A stretch of DNA of 20,000 nucleotides from an uncultured virus (IMG/VR IMGVR_UViG_3300017767_000007). Lineage: Duplodnaviria > Heunggongvirae > Uroviricota > Caudoviricetes. The stretch is from the IMG/VR virus record IMGVR_UViG_3300017767_000007; one strand, written 5' to 3'. This document shows positions 8,508-16,100 of this stretch, one piece after another. A model generated the notes under the pieces. The model was not told the DNA's origin. It saw only the letters and a program-made list of their open reading frames with translations, and did not search any database. The translations under genes were made by a program, and so were the position numbers. How positions within the stretch are numbered: the stretch's first letter is position 1; every line of letters starts with the position of its first letter.

Positions 8508-11500
8508 CTAATCCACTGCTCCACTTCTAACCACTCCAGCATCAACTAAAGCACTAACTACTTCTTCGGTAATCGTATCAACCATTTCATGTAGCAACAT
8601 ACCATTAAAGTTGTTAGTTACAACCAGCTCAGTGTTTGCTATAAGGTTTTCGACTCCTTTATTTTGGACTTGCTTAACGAAGTCACCTGATATACCTGAT
8701 TGGGAAAGACCGAAGAACATTGCTTCACGGTTGTTGTTAAATTCCAACATTGTATCTCCTAAATGTTGTATTGAATCAGCCACATCATCAATATCATTCA
8801 TGCCACCAGACCCCATGCTGCTAATTTCATCAACGAGGAATTGTGCTTCTTCAGTCGTCATAGAAAATTGCTTTTCTAAGTCATCCACTACCTCTTTGTA
8901 TTTCATAACAGAGCCTGTGTCAAAGTCGCCTGAATCATCAACTGCTACTGCCAACATTTCTATTTCTTTATCGGTAAAGTTTTTGTCTAAGAAGTCCATA
9001 AATTCAGTAGTATATTCACCACTACTTGCTACTGCATTTGCGTAAGTTTCACTAAAGTTTGAAGCTGAATTTCCTATAACTTCGAGCAAATCTTCCATTT
9101 GAGCAGCACTTGCATTAATTCCTTCTTCTTGTTGGAAAGCAGCAATTATGGCAGCAACAGTCTTTGTTGTATCATCTTGCAGACCTTTAGTTTCTCGATA
9201 TGAGCCCATACTTGCTCCACCAGTAACATAATTTAGAATACCCATTCCCAGTGCATCATCGTATTCGTCTTCATATTCGTCTCTAAATTGACTCACTGCG
9301 CTGGCTGCATTTGCACTTGCGTCATCAGACATTTTCTTTTGCATTTCTGCTAATTCGCCTTGTAATACGAGTTGAGCAATCAATAGAGTTTCTTGAGTTT
9401 GCAAAGCACCAACATACTTTTGAGCGGCCTCTAATTGCATCATAAAGAGCCTTTCTTGAACAGTAGCACCGTCACCTGCTTTTTCTTTTAATTCATCCAT
9501 TTCATCTTTTACAATTCCAATGGCTGTTTGAGTTTGCTCTAATCCCATTGCATTAATTGTATCAGAATCTATTCCAGCTTCTAAAAAGGCATCACGAACC
9601 ATTGTTGGAACATCTTCTAATGCTGGTTCTAAACCTGTATTTCTTAAGTCTGTTAAAAGTGTGAGGCTGTCAGTTAAGTGTCCGTTAAATTCAACAACAC
9701 CCTCGCTCATGCTGTCTACTGAATCTGTAAATAAGTATGTGGCAGCAGTAATAGCAACTACAAGAGCGATACCAAGACCTGTGCTTACCAAAAAGGCTTT
9801 CATACCAGCAGCAGCAGCTCCAGCAGCAGCAGCAACACCTTTTAAGGAAAAGGAAAGTGTGTTGTTTGCAACAGCAGCACCCATACCTGCCGTTGCTTGT
9901 GCGAGCATAGAATTTGTCATCTGCATCATTTGTACTGTGCTCATAATCATAACAGGCATCATTAACGCCATGCTTGCTTTAGCACCCTTAGATGAATCGT
10001 CAAATAAAGTAATTAATGCAGATGCACCTCCTAAAATACCACTATACTTTGTCATTGTAGCATTCATAGCCATTTGCTTTGCCATCATCCTATCTTGGGT
10101 TTGAGCATGAGCAGTTTGAGCCATAATTATTTGAAACAAATTGGCAATTTGTTCCTCAGTTTGGAAGTTGTTTTCTTTCATTAACTGTGTTAAAATTTTA
10201 AGAGCCAAAGCCTCTTGGTCAGTCAAATCTTCCTTAATGAATTTTTTGGCAGTTACCCTTTCTATAATGGCAATTTCTTCTTGGCTCACATTATTTAGCA
10301 TATCTTGAGCACTCATGTGTTTATTCAAAGACAAAGCAATTTTTTCATTTTGCACTAACCTTTGAACCATCATTTGTAGATTTTTACCCTTTCTTTTGTC
10401 CTCTTCACCACCAATCAGCTTTTCTAATTCAAGTGACTGTCGAGCCATCAACAAGTCTGATTCGCTAATGCTTAACTTCATTCTTTTATCATTGAGAAGT
10501 TGATTTGCTAAGTCTTGCTCTATCATTCCTAACTCAACCAACCTCCCAAGCAGTTGAACTTCATGTCCTGCATTTTGTACAGTTGTAGTACCACTTCCAA
10601 CCTTAGCCATTTGTATCGCATGAATATTTCTCAATGCTTGTTCTTCTTGGTTAATTAGCATCAATTCATTACTTCTTAGTGCTACACCAGCCCTAACTGC
10701 TTCTAATTCTTCAGCAGACATTACTTGATTAGCAGCTGCCCTCGCTTGCACAACAGCAAGAATGCTGTTTTGTGCCTGTTCACTTTGCTTTACAGCATTA
10801 AGAATTTGACCTTCTAAACCAGCAATTTCAGCAGCAAGTCCTCGTCTTCGATTAGCAAGAGCGTTTATATCGCCTGCAGCTGAAGCCTGCATGTGCATTT
10901 TCAATAAAGTATTAGTCCCAGAAAATTCTTTCATCTGCTCATATGCGAGTGCTGTTTTACCTATGTTAGCAATCCTTTGTCTAACTTGCATTTCTTTTAT
11001 TGCCATATCCGTTGTAAAACTTTGCATTTGTGCTGCTTGGTTATAGATTTGTGGATTAACCAATTGCTCGCCTTGCATAGCCCTTAGAATCGTTTGCTGG
11101 GTCTGCATTGCTACACTTAGGGATTTAATGTTAATCATGGCTTCCACGACAGGCCCCATCACCTTTTGCACCCTTTGGAATGCAAAAGCAAAGTCCATAC
11201 CTTTTTTTACTACTGAGCCTAAAACAGCATCCATAATATCGAAGTTTTCAAAGTCTAATTTTGCTAATGCCTTAAAATCATTAGTTATACCTCCAAGAGG
11301 ACCCTCAGACCCAGATTCGTAAAAGTCGGTCATAGCCCTGTTAAATGATATTTGTTGTTTTGTCGCTTTCATTTGTGCTGGGATAAAAGCAGTACCCATT
11401 GCTGCTTCGGTATTCTTTAACTCGGCTTGGAGTTTCTGGAGTTTAGTTGCTTGGTCGTCAAGTTTAATATTAACTTCATCTTGAGCATCTGATAACCCAA

Positions 11501-12515
11501 GAGCAGCCTGAGTCGCTAATGTTTGTTGTCTATCAGCACCTTCAACTAACTTAAGGAATCTTACATAGTGGTCGTTACCAGCAACTATTTGAGCAATATG
11601 TTGCTTTTCAGCATCTTCTAACTTAGGGAATTGTTGCGCTAACTGTTGAACAATGTCAGAAAGAGGAAGCAAGTTGCCTGCAGTATCTTTAACTTGAACA
11701 CCATAAGCCTGTAAAATCTTATTGTTATCGTGGGTATCAGAACCTAATCGAGCATAAATCATTTTGAGGGCACGACCAGCCTTACCCATCTCTTCACCAG
11801 ATTCAACCATTACTGCAGCACTTGCAGCCATATCAGCAATAGATTCACCTGTCATGTGTGCCTGACTTGCGAATTGATTCATAATGAAAGTAATTTGTTG
11901 CATTGTAGCAGCAGATCTGTTTTCAACTGTGTTTAGTTGAGTCAAAGTCTTCATAGAATTTGCTCTAACAAAGTTTGCTCTTTCTTCAGCATCCATAGCC
12001 TCAATTTGAGACTTAGCCATACCACCGAACATAAAGTTAGTCTGTTGTTGCAGGTTTACCATCTTTTGCATAGCATCTTGGGTTTCCATATCACCAATCA
12101 ACGCAAACTTAATACCTACCTCAGTCGCAGCAACAACTGAACCTTCACCACCTACTACATCTTTAAGTTGTGCCATTTTAGCACCAGCCTCAAGAGCCTT
12201 ATCAGCAGTAAATCCAAATTGTAAACCAATGCTCTTAATTTGTTCTCTGACTTCTTCAAGATTTTCAGTTTCACCCATAAACTTGTCAAATTGAATACGA
12301 GCCTTAGCAAATTCTTGAGCCAAAGGGACAGTTGCTTGGACTAATCCATCCATTTGCTCTGTTATCTGGTCAACTGCTTGGTGAACACCCGAAAGACCGT
12401 TAAGCATAATAGCATTCATAATGTTCATCTGTGCTCTTGCATCAGACAAAAGACGCTTCGCTTGAAATGAACCAACCACTTCAAACATTACCATTGCTGC
12501 GCCTGTGGTTGCCAT
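8508..12515 (-). CDS. Tail tape measure protein (TP901-like core region), 1335 aa
   Basis: Long Ala/Gln/Met-rich helical protein with the TMP core motif (GEEMGKAGRALKMIYARL...YGVQVKDTAGNLLPLSDIVQQL) and hydrophobic Ala/Gly stretches. Located after the chaperone pair. RBS GGGAGTGA upstream. Confidence 0.9.
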   Translation of the reverse strand: MATTGAAMVMFEVVGSFQAKRLLSDARAQMNIMNAIMLNGLSGVHQAVDQITEQMDGLVQATVPLAQEFAKARIQFDKFMGETENLEEVREQIKSIGLQFGFTADKALEAGAKMAQLKDVVGGEGSVVAATEVGIKFALIGDMETQDAMQKMVNLQQQTNFMFGGMAKSQIEAMDAEERANFVRANSMKTLTQLNTVENRSAATMQQITFIMNQFASQAHMTGESIADMAASAAVMVESGEEMGKAGRALKMIYARLGSDTHDNNKILQAYGVQVKDTAGNLLPLSDIVQQLAQQFPKLEDAEKQHIAQIVAGNDHYVRFLKLVEGADRQQTLATQAALGLSDAQDEVNIKLDDQATKLQKLQAELKNTEAAMGTAFIPAQMKATKQQISFNRAMTDFYESGSEGPLGGITNDFKALAKLDFENFDIMDAVLGSVVKKGMDFAFAFQRVQKVMGPVVEAMINIKSLSVAMQTQQTILRAMQGEQLVNPQIYNQAAQMQSFTTDMAIKEMQVRQRIANIGKTALAYEQMKEFSGTNTLLKMHMQASAAGDINALANRRRGLAAEIAGLEGQILNAVKQSEQAQNSILAVVQARAAANQVMSAEELEAVRAGVALRSNELMLINQEEQALRNIHAIQMAKVGSGTTTVQNAGHEVQLLGRLVELGMIEQDLANQLLNDKRMKLSISESDLLMARQSLELEKLIGGEEDKRKGKNLQMMVQRLVQNEKIALSLNKHMSAQDMLNNVSQEEIAIIERVTAKKFIKEDLTDQEALALKILTQLMKENNFQTEEQIANLFQIIMAQTAHAQTQDRMMAKQMAMNATMTKYSGILGGASALITLFDDSSKGAKASMALMMPVMIMSTVQMMQMTNSMLAQATAGMGAAVANNTLSFSLKGVAAAAGAAAAGMKAFLVSTGLGIALVVAITAATYLFTDSVDSMSEGVVEFNGHLTDSLTLLTDLRNTGLEPALEDVPTMVRDAFLEAGIDSDTINAMGLEQTQTAIGIVKDEMDELKEKAGDGATVQERLFMMQLEAAQKYVGALQTQETLLIAQLVLQGELAEMQKKMSDDASANAASAVSQFRDEYEDEYDDALGMGILNYVTGGASMGSYRETKGLQDDTTKTVAAIIAAFQQEEGINASAAQMEDLLEVIGNSASNFSETYANAVASSGEYTTEFMDFLDKNFTDKEIEMLAVAVDDSGDFDTGSVMKYKEVVDDLEKQFSMTTEEAQFLVDEISSMGSGGMNDIDDVADSIQHLGDTMLEFNNNREAMFFGLSQSGISGDFVKQVQNKGVENLIANTELVVTNNFNGMLLHEMVDTITEEVVSALVDAGVVRSGAVD

Positions 12516-12555
12516 GTTATCACTCCCTCTTAATACTCAAGAACCTCATATTCGT

Positions 12556-12813
12556 TTAATCGTTCCGCTTGGCTCGCTTTTGTTTTCGCTTTTCCCATGC
12601 TGAACGAGCGCTTTTTGAGCCACCCTTTTTGCCTTTCTTGGCTTTTTCTGTTGCTTCTCCAATTTGGTCTTGTATCTCGCAAGCAACTGCTAAATCTAAT
12701 TCCAAACGGTATGCTCCGCCTGGCTCGCAATACTTCATTACTAAGTCCGATGGAAGGACACCCTTGTAGGCTTGGCACAAGACGGGTGCTATCTTGTAAA
12801 TTAGACCAAAGGG
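12556..12813 (-). CDS. Tail assembly chaperone C-terminal extension (lambda gpT-equivalent), probably expressed only through a -1 frameshift
   Basis: The -1 frame is open from just after a TGA at 12825-12823 to the TAA at 12558-12556 (PFGLIYKIAPVLCQAYKGVLPSDL...LELDLAVACEIQ...). It has no ATG/RBS at its 5' end (the track starts it at TTG 12780) and overlaps the chaperone's 3' end at the slippery site. Confidence 0.75.
   Translation of the reverse strand, partial: PFGLIYKIAPVLCQAYKGVLPSDLVMKYCEPGGAYRLELDLAVACEIQDQIGEATEKAKKGKKGGSKSARSAWEKRKQKRAKRND
12758..12813 (-). promoter_or_regulatory. -1 programmed ribosomal frameshift signal: slippery heptamer C CCU UUG, 8-nt spacer, predicted H-type pseudoknot
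   Basis: X XXY YYZ heptamer in the correct phase at 12813-12807. Stem 1 is UACAAGAU (12798-12791) with GUCUUGUG (12783-12776); stem 2 is GCACCC (12789-12784) with GGGUGU (12763-12758). Confidence 0.75.
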
Positions 12814-13163
12814 ACTGCGCCCTCATTCGTGTCACCCCTAACAAACATCAACAATTCTCTGAGTTCGTTAGAAGTTAGAATGCCCAAATCAAAATCGGCA
12901 GGTTCAACAATACATTTTGGAATCCATTCTGTGATTTGCATTTCAACACCGACATTTTGTTCTTCGAGGTATTCAACAAACTCCGCTTGTTGGTCTTCAG
13001 TCCATTCTTCGACTGACATACCAAAGTCACGGAATTTACGCAAGGCTCGACCTTGAGCTGCTTCCCACTTCATTCTATCTAAACCGCTGGCTTGTCGGAC
13101 TACGAGTTTAACTTTTCCTGATTCGTCGTCTCCGAACTCAAATTCTTTTTTCATTACTGGCAT
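12801..13163 (-). CDS. Tail assembly chaperone (lambda gpG-equivalent), about 120 aa
   Basis: Acidic small protein between the tube and TMP genes with chaperone-like motifs (LVVRQASGLD, KCIVEP). Likely start is ATG 13163 behind GAAGTGA; the track uses GTG 13172. Confidence 0.8.
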   Translation of the reverse strand: MPVMKKEFEFGDDESGKVKLVVRQASGLDRMKWEAAQGRALRKFRDFGMSVEEWTEDQQAEFVEYLEEQNVGVEMQITEWIPKCIVEPADFDLGILTSNELRELLMFVRGDTNEGAVPLV

Positions 13164-13200
13164 TTTTTTCACTTCGCTACTAAACTATTCTAAACTTTGT

Positions 13201-13207
13201 CTTAAAG
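13201..13207 (-). promoter_or_regulatory. Putative archaeal-type TATA box CTTTAAG upstream of the chaperone gene
   Basis: 37 nt upstream of ATG 13163. The same heptamer lies 41 nt upstream of the tube gene. It sits within a short inverted repeat TGTCT-TTA-AGACA. Confidence 0.35.
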
Positions 13208-13224
13208 ACACTAACTAATACTAA

Positions 13225-14229
13225 TCAAATGTATGCGCTTGCTTGTGCGCTTCTAATGGTGCATTCGGCCATACAAGTGTTTGTATTGTCGAACAACCCA
13301 AAGAAAGGAGTTGTCATGGTTTGGTGGTCACGACCAGAAACAGATGTTTCAGGTGAATCAAATACAACCTTGAAGAAGTCAAATTCAATGTCAGCGTTTG
13401 CTGTTTCAATATACTTCATACGGAGTGCTGGAGTACCAACAACGGATGAATCGTAAATGAATGTTGAACCAGATGCTTGAGTCAAACCGTTGTATGTTGG
13501 CTCTGATGCGCCAGCAGTATACATTGGTTCGTTAAATTCAATGTTTCCGCTAATAGCCCTACGAGTAACAGGAGGTGCTTGTGTAAGAGTCAAGTTTCCA
13601 ATAGAGAAACCAGAATCAAGGTCACGGTTAATTGAAAGTTCAAAGTCAGAAGATTTAACCGATGCAGACTTTGTTGCATTGCCGTTAAAGAAAATTTCTG
13701 CGTTAGCATAATACATTGGTTCATTGTCTGGGAAAGAAGGAGTCGCCATTGTTCCAGATGAAGGAGATTCAGATTTTCCTTGACATTCAAAGGACATAGT
13801 AGTAAAGTCACCAACGCTTGCAGATACAGACATTTTGTTTACAGACATACCTGTAAAGATGTGGTCACGAGCAGTTCTTCCGATGTGGATAGAAAAGGTT
13901 GGGTAAAAGTCAGTAGTTGCAGCACCTTCTTCAAGTGTATGGACATTCGGAGAACCTGCCACTACAGTATCAGTAGCGAATAGTCCAGCAATCATCGAAC
14001 AAGTAAAGTCATCAGTCATCATAACGGTATTCAAAGAACCTTCACAGTATTCTTTACCACGAACCACCTTCGATGCACCATACTTAGACATATCTTCACG
14101 AACCATTGTTTCGTAAATATGTTTGAATGATTCGTCGTCTATTTCACCATATACAGGTGAGGTTGCAGGGTCTGTTCCATAAGTTGTTTCTTTCTCGATT
14201 GATACATAACGGCTGTCGAAGTCTCCCAT
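13225..14229 (-). CDS. Major tail tube protein (334 aa)
   Basis: N-terminal YVSIEKETTYGTDP plus FTGMSVNKMSVSAS and RRAISGNIEF motifs typical of siphovirus tube proteins. Canonical position between terminator and chaperone. RBS AGGAG upstream. Confidence 0.85.
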   Translation of the reverse strand: MGDFDSRYVSIEKETTYGTDPATSPVYGEIDDESFKHIYETMVREDMSKYGASKVVRGKEYCEGSLNTVMMTDDFTCSMIAGLFATDTVVAGSPNVHTLEEGAATTDFYPTFSIHIGRTARDHIFTGMSVNKMSVSASVGDFTTMSFECQGKSESPSSGTMATPSFPDNEPMYYANAEIFFNGNATKSASVKSSDFELSINRDLDSGFSIGNLTLTQAPPVTRRAISGNIEFNEPMYTAGASEPTYNGLTQASGSTFIYDSSVVGTPALRMKYIETANADIEFDFFKVVFDSPETSVSGRDHQTMTTPFFGLFDNTNTCMAECTIRSAQASAYI

Positions 14230-14270
14230 ATTATCATCTCCTAATACTCACTCTTCACCAGTCAATCACA

Positions 14271-14277
14271 CTTAAAG
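14271..14277 (-). promoter_or_regulatory. Putative archaeal-type TATA box CTTTAAG upstream of the tail tube gene
   Basis: Located in a 54-nt intergenic gap, 41 nt upstream of the ATG, and repeated upstream of the next gene. Confidence 0.4.
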
Positions 14278-14283
14278 TCTGTG

Positions 14284-15324
14284 TTATCTCTTACGATAAT
14301 TGCTTCTGCGTCTAAACTTAAATGTGTGATGGTTTACACAAACTACTTCATCTTCTTCCAATTTCATATCAATGTTAGAACTGAAGTCAGCAACTGCGTC
14401 TGTATTATCGTTTTGTCCTGTTTTTGAATAAATTTCTTCAACGACTTCTCCTGATATTTCAGCACAAAGTCGGTGTGCATATCTAAAGTCAGCCGCACGA
14501 GTTACTACAAAGACTTCAACTGTGTAATCGTGATAAACTACTCCACCGCCTAATGCTTCTATGTTTGTATTAAGTGAAGGAACTACAACAAATATCGTAG
14601 GGGGTTGTAATCTTGCTGTAACTGAAGGTGAAAGGTCATTGGCATAGACAATAGAAGCATCTTCAACGAATGTCTTAAGATACATTCGCTTTGAATTTTT
14701 TAAGACTTCTATGATTCTATAACCATTTCTTACCAGCAAATCAGTAGTCCAAATAGACGAGGCTAATTCTTCTGTACCAAATGCACCGTCACTTGAATAA
14801 TAAACATTACCAAACAATACTGAACCATCGTCACAACCAAATGATACATCAGTTGTGCTGGAAGTGCTGATAACTTCATTGTATAGTGTTTCTCCTGTTT
14901 CTGTTTCTTGCATATCAAATGGATAGAATCTGCCAACTGCACCGTTAAGTGTTAGTCTAAAAAAGAAGGGTTTACTCAAGTCTAAATTGCTTATGGTTAC
15001 ATCAGTAGCACCCGCACCACTTATCTTCAAGGAAGTAGTGTTTCCTGTGGATTTAACGATGATTTCTCCTACACCATTACCAAGTGAAGCCAACTTTGTT
15101 CCATCAACGGGTGTAGTATCATATTTTAGCGATACTATCATTGTAAGTCCTGTATTTGTTGTGCTGATTGTATTATATCCAGCAGCACTCACTTTCCAAT
15201 AATCTTCATCTTCGGCACCTGCTACTGTTGTATTCCACGAACCTTGATTTTGCCCGATAGGGTTTGCAGGGTCTTCTCCATTTAATCTATGCGACCACGA
15301 AACTAATCTGCCTGCTACACTCAT
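14284..15324 (-). CDS. Putative tail terminator/completion protein with an N-terminal beta-sandwich (lectin/LamG-like) extension
   Basis: Immediately upstream of the tube gene. The C-terminal ~150 aa show a terminator-like pattern (PPTIFVV...HDYTVEVFVVTR...RLCAEISGEVVEEI); the N-terminal ~190 aa are T/S/G-rich and all-beta-like. ATGA overlap with the upstream gene. Confidence 0.55.
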   Translation of the reverse strand: MSVAGRLVSWSHRLNGEDPANPIGQNQGSWNTTVAGAEDEDYWKVSAAGYNTISTTNTGLTMIVSLKYDTTPVDGTKLASLGNGVGEIIVKSTGNTTSLKISGAGATDVTISNLDLSKPFFFRLTLNGAVGRFYPFDMQETETGETLYNEVISTSSTTDVSFGCDDGSVLFGNVYYSSDGAFGTEELASSIWTTDLLVRNGYRIIEVLKNSKRMYLKTFVEDASIVYANDLSPSVTARLQPPTIFVVVPSLNTNIEALGGGVVYHDYTVEVFVVTRAADFRYAHRLCAEISGEVVEEIYSKTGQNDNTDAVADFSSNIDMKLEEDEVVCVNHHTFKFRRRSNYRKR

Positions 15325-16100
15325 CTCAACATCAACTCCATAAACTTATCCATTGTCAAACTTGTAGTATTGACACTCCATTGCTGTAAGAATGGAAGTG
15401 GTTTAACTCGCCTAACAGGATTCATTTTGTTCTTATTGTTTGAATCAATAGCCATTTGGAACAAATTGTCTAAGTCATTACCTGCAGCTGATTCAGTCCA
15501 TTCAGGGCTACTGGGAGTCCAATTAACGCTTGCTGCTACAGGGAACATTGGCGCACGAGGTTCACTCCCAGCCTTAAGTCCTTCAACAAGTGGTGCTAAT
15601 TTTGCGCCTCTTGAACCTGTTAGTGGTGTTCCCATATCTTTACCTACAAATCCTATAAATCTTGCTTGTTCAACATCAAAGTCATAGTTTAGGTGTTTTC
15701 CTACTAACTTGTAAATTGACATTCCTGTGCTATCACGCTTAAGTCTTTCTCGGATAAATGAACTTTGTATAGAAGGTGCTTTTTTGTGATAACCCTGTCC
15801 TTGCTGTAAAAATAACTTGGTCTTTGTAGTGCTCATACGGGCAGCATGACCTGTAGCCAAAGCAAATGTTTTCTTTAGTCCTGATTCGCTTAGTTGTTTC
15901 ATATACTTCTTTAGTTGAGACCAATCCCACTTAATCATCATTGCTCCCTGTTTAGGAGAAATTACTCTTTGCATTTCGTCTTTAAATGCTCTATCAATAA
16001 ATGCAGCATCAGAAGAAGTGACATCTGGTAACGACCTCACTTTAGACATATAGTCTGATATATTAAATGATTCTCCTAAAACCTGTGAAACACTCATCAT
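15321..16100 (-). CDS. Putative neck/tail-completion protein (HK97 gp10 / Mu gpG-like)
   Basis: Basic protein with IKWDWSQLKKYMKQL near the N-terminus and a C-terminal KPLPFL motif. Located between adaptor and terminator. TAATG overlap with the adaptor stop. Confidence 0.5.
   Translation of the reverse strand: MMSVSQVLGESFNISDYMSKVRSLPDVTSSDAAFIDRAFKDEMQRVISPKQGAMMIKWDWSQLKKYMKQLSESGLKKTFALATGHAARMSTTKTKLFLQQGQGYHKKAPSIQSSFIRERLKRDSTGMSIYKLVGKHLNYDFDVEQARFIGFVGKDMGTPLTGSRGAKLAPLVEGLKAGSEPRAPMFPVAASVNWTPSSPEWTESAAGNDLDNLFQMAIDSNNKNKMNPVRRVKPLPFLQQWSVNTTSLTMDKFMELMLR

Noticed and set aside
9800..9885. GCA/GCT trinucleotide runs
   Set aside because: They simply encode Ala-rich tape-measure helices and are not an independent repeat element.
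12321..12327. Second in-phase C CCU UUG heptamer (GTC CCT TTG G) inside the tape measure gene
   Set aside because: The -1 frame hits TAA within about 7 codons and I see no comparable downstream structure. It is useful only as a natural negative control.
12530..12844. 104-aa ORF in the +1 frame overlapping the chaperone end
   Set aside because: Arg/Ser-rich shadow-like composition with no RBS. The -1 frame has the slippery site, the pseudoknot and a more chaperone-like sequence.
13209..13217. 9-mer TAGTTAGTG (minus strand) also found at 17881-17889 at a gene end
   Set aside because: Short, AT-rich and partly made of a stop codon and RBS; could be chance.
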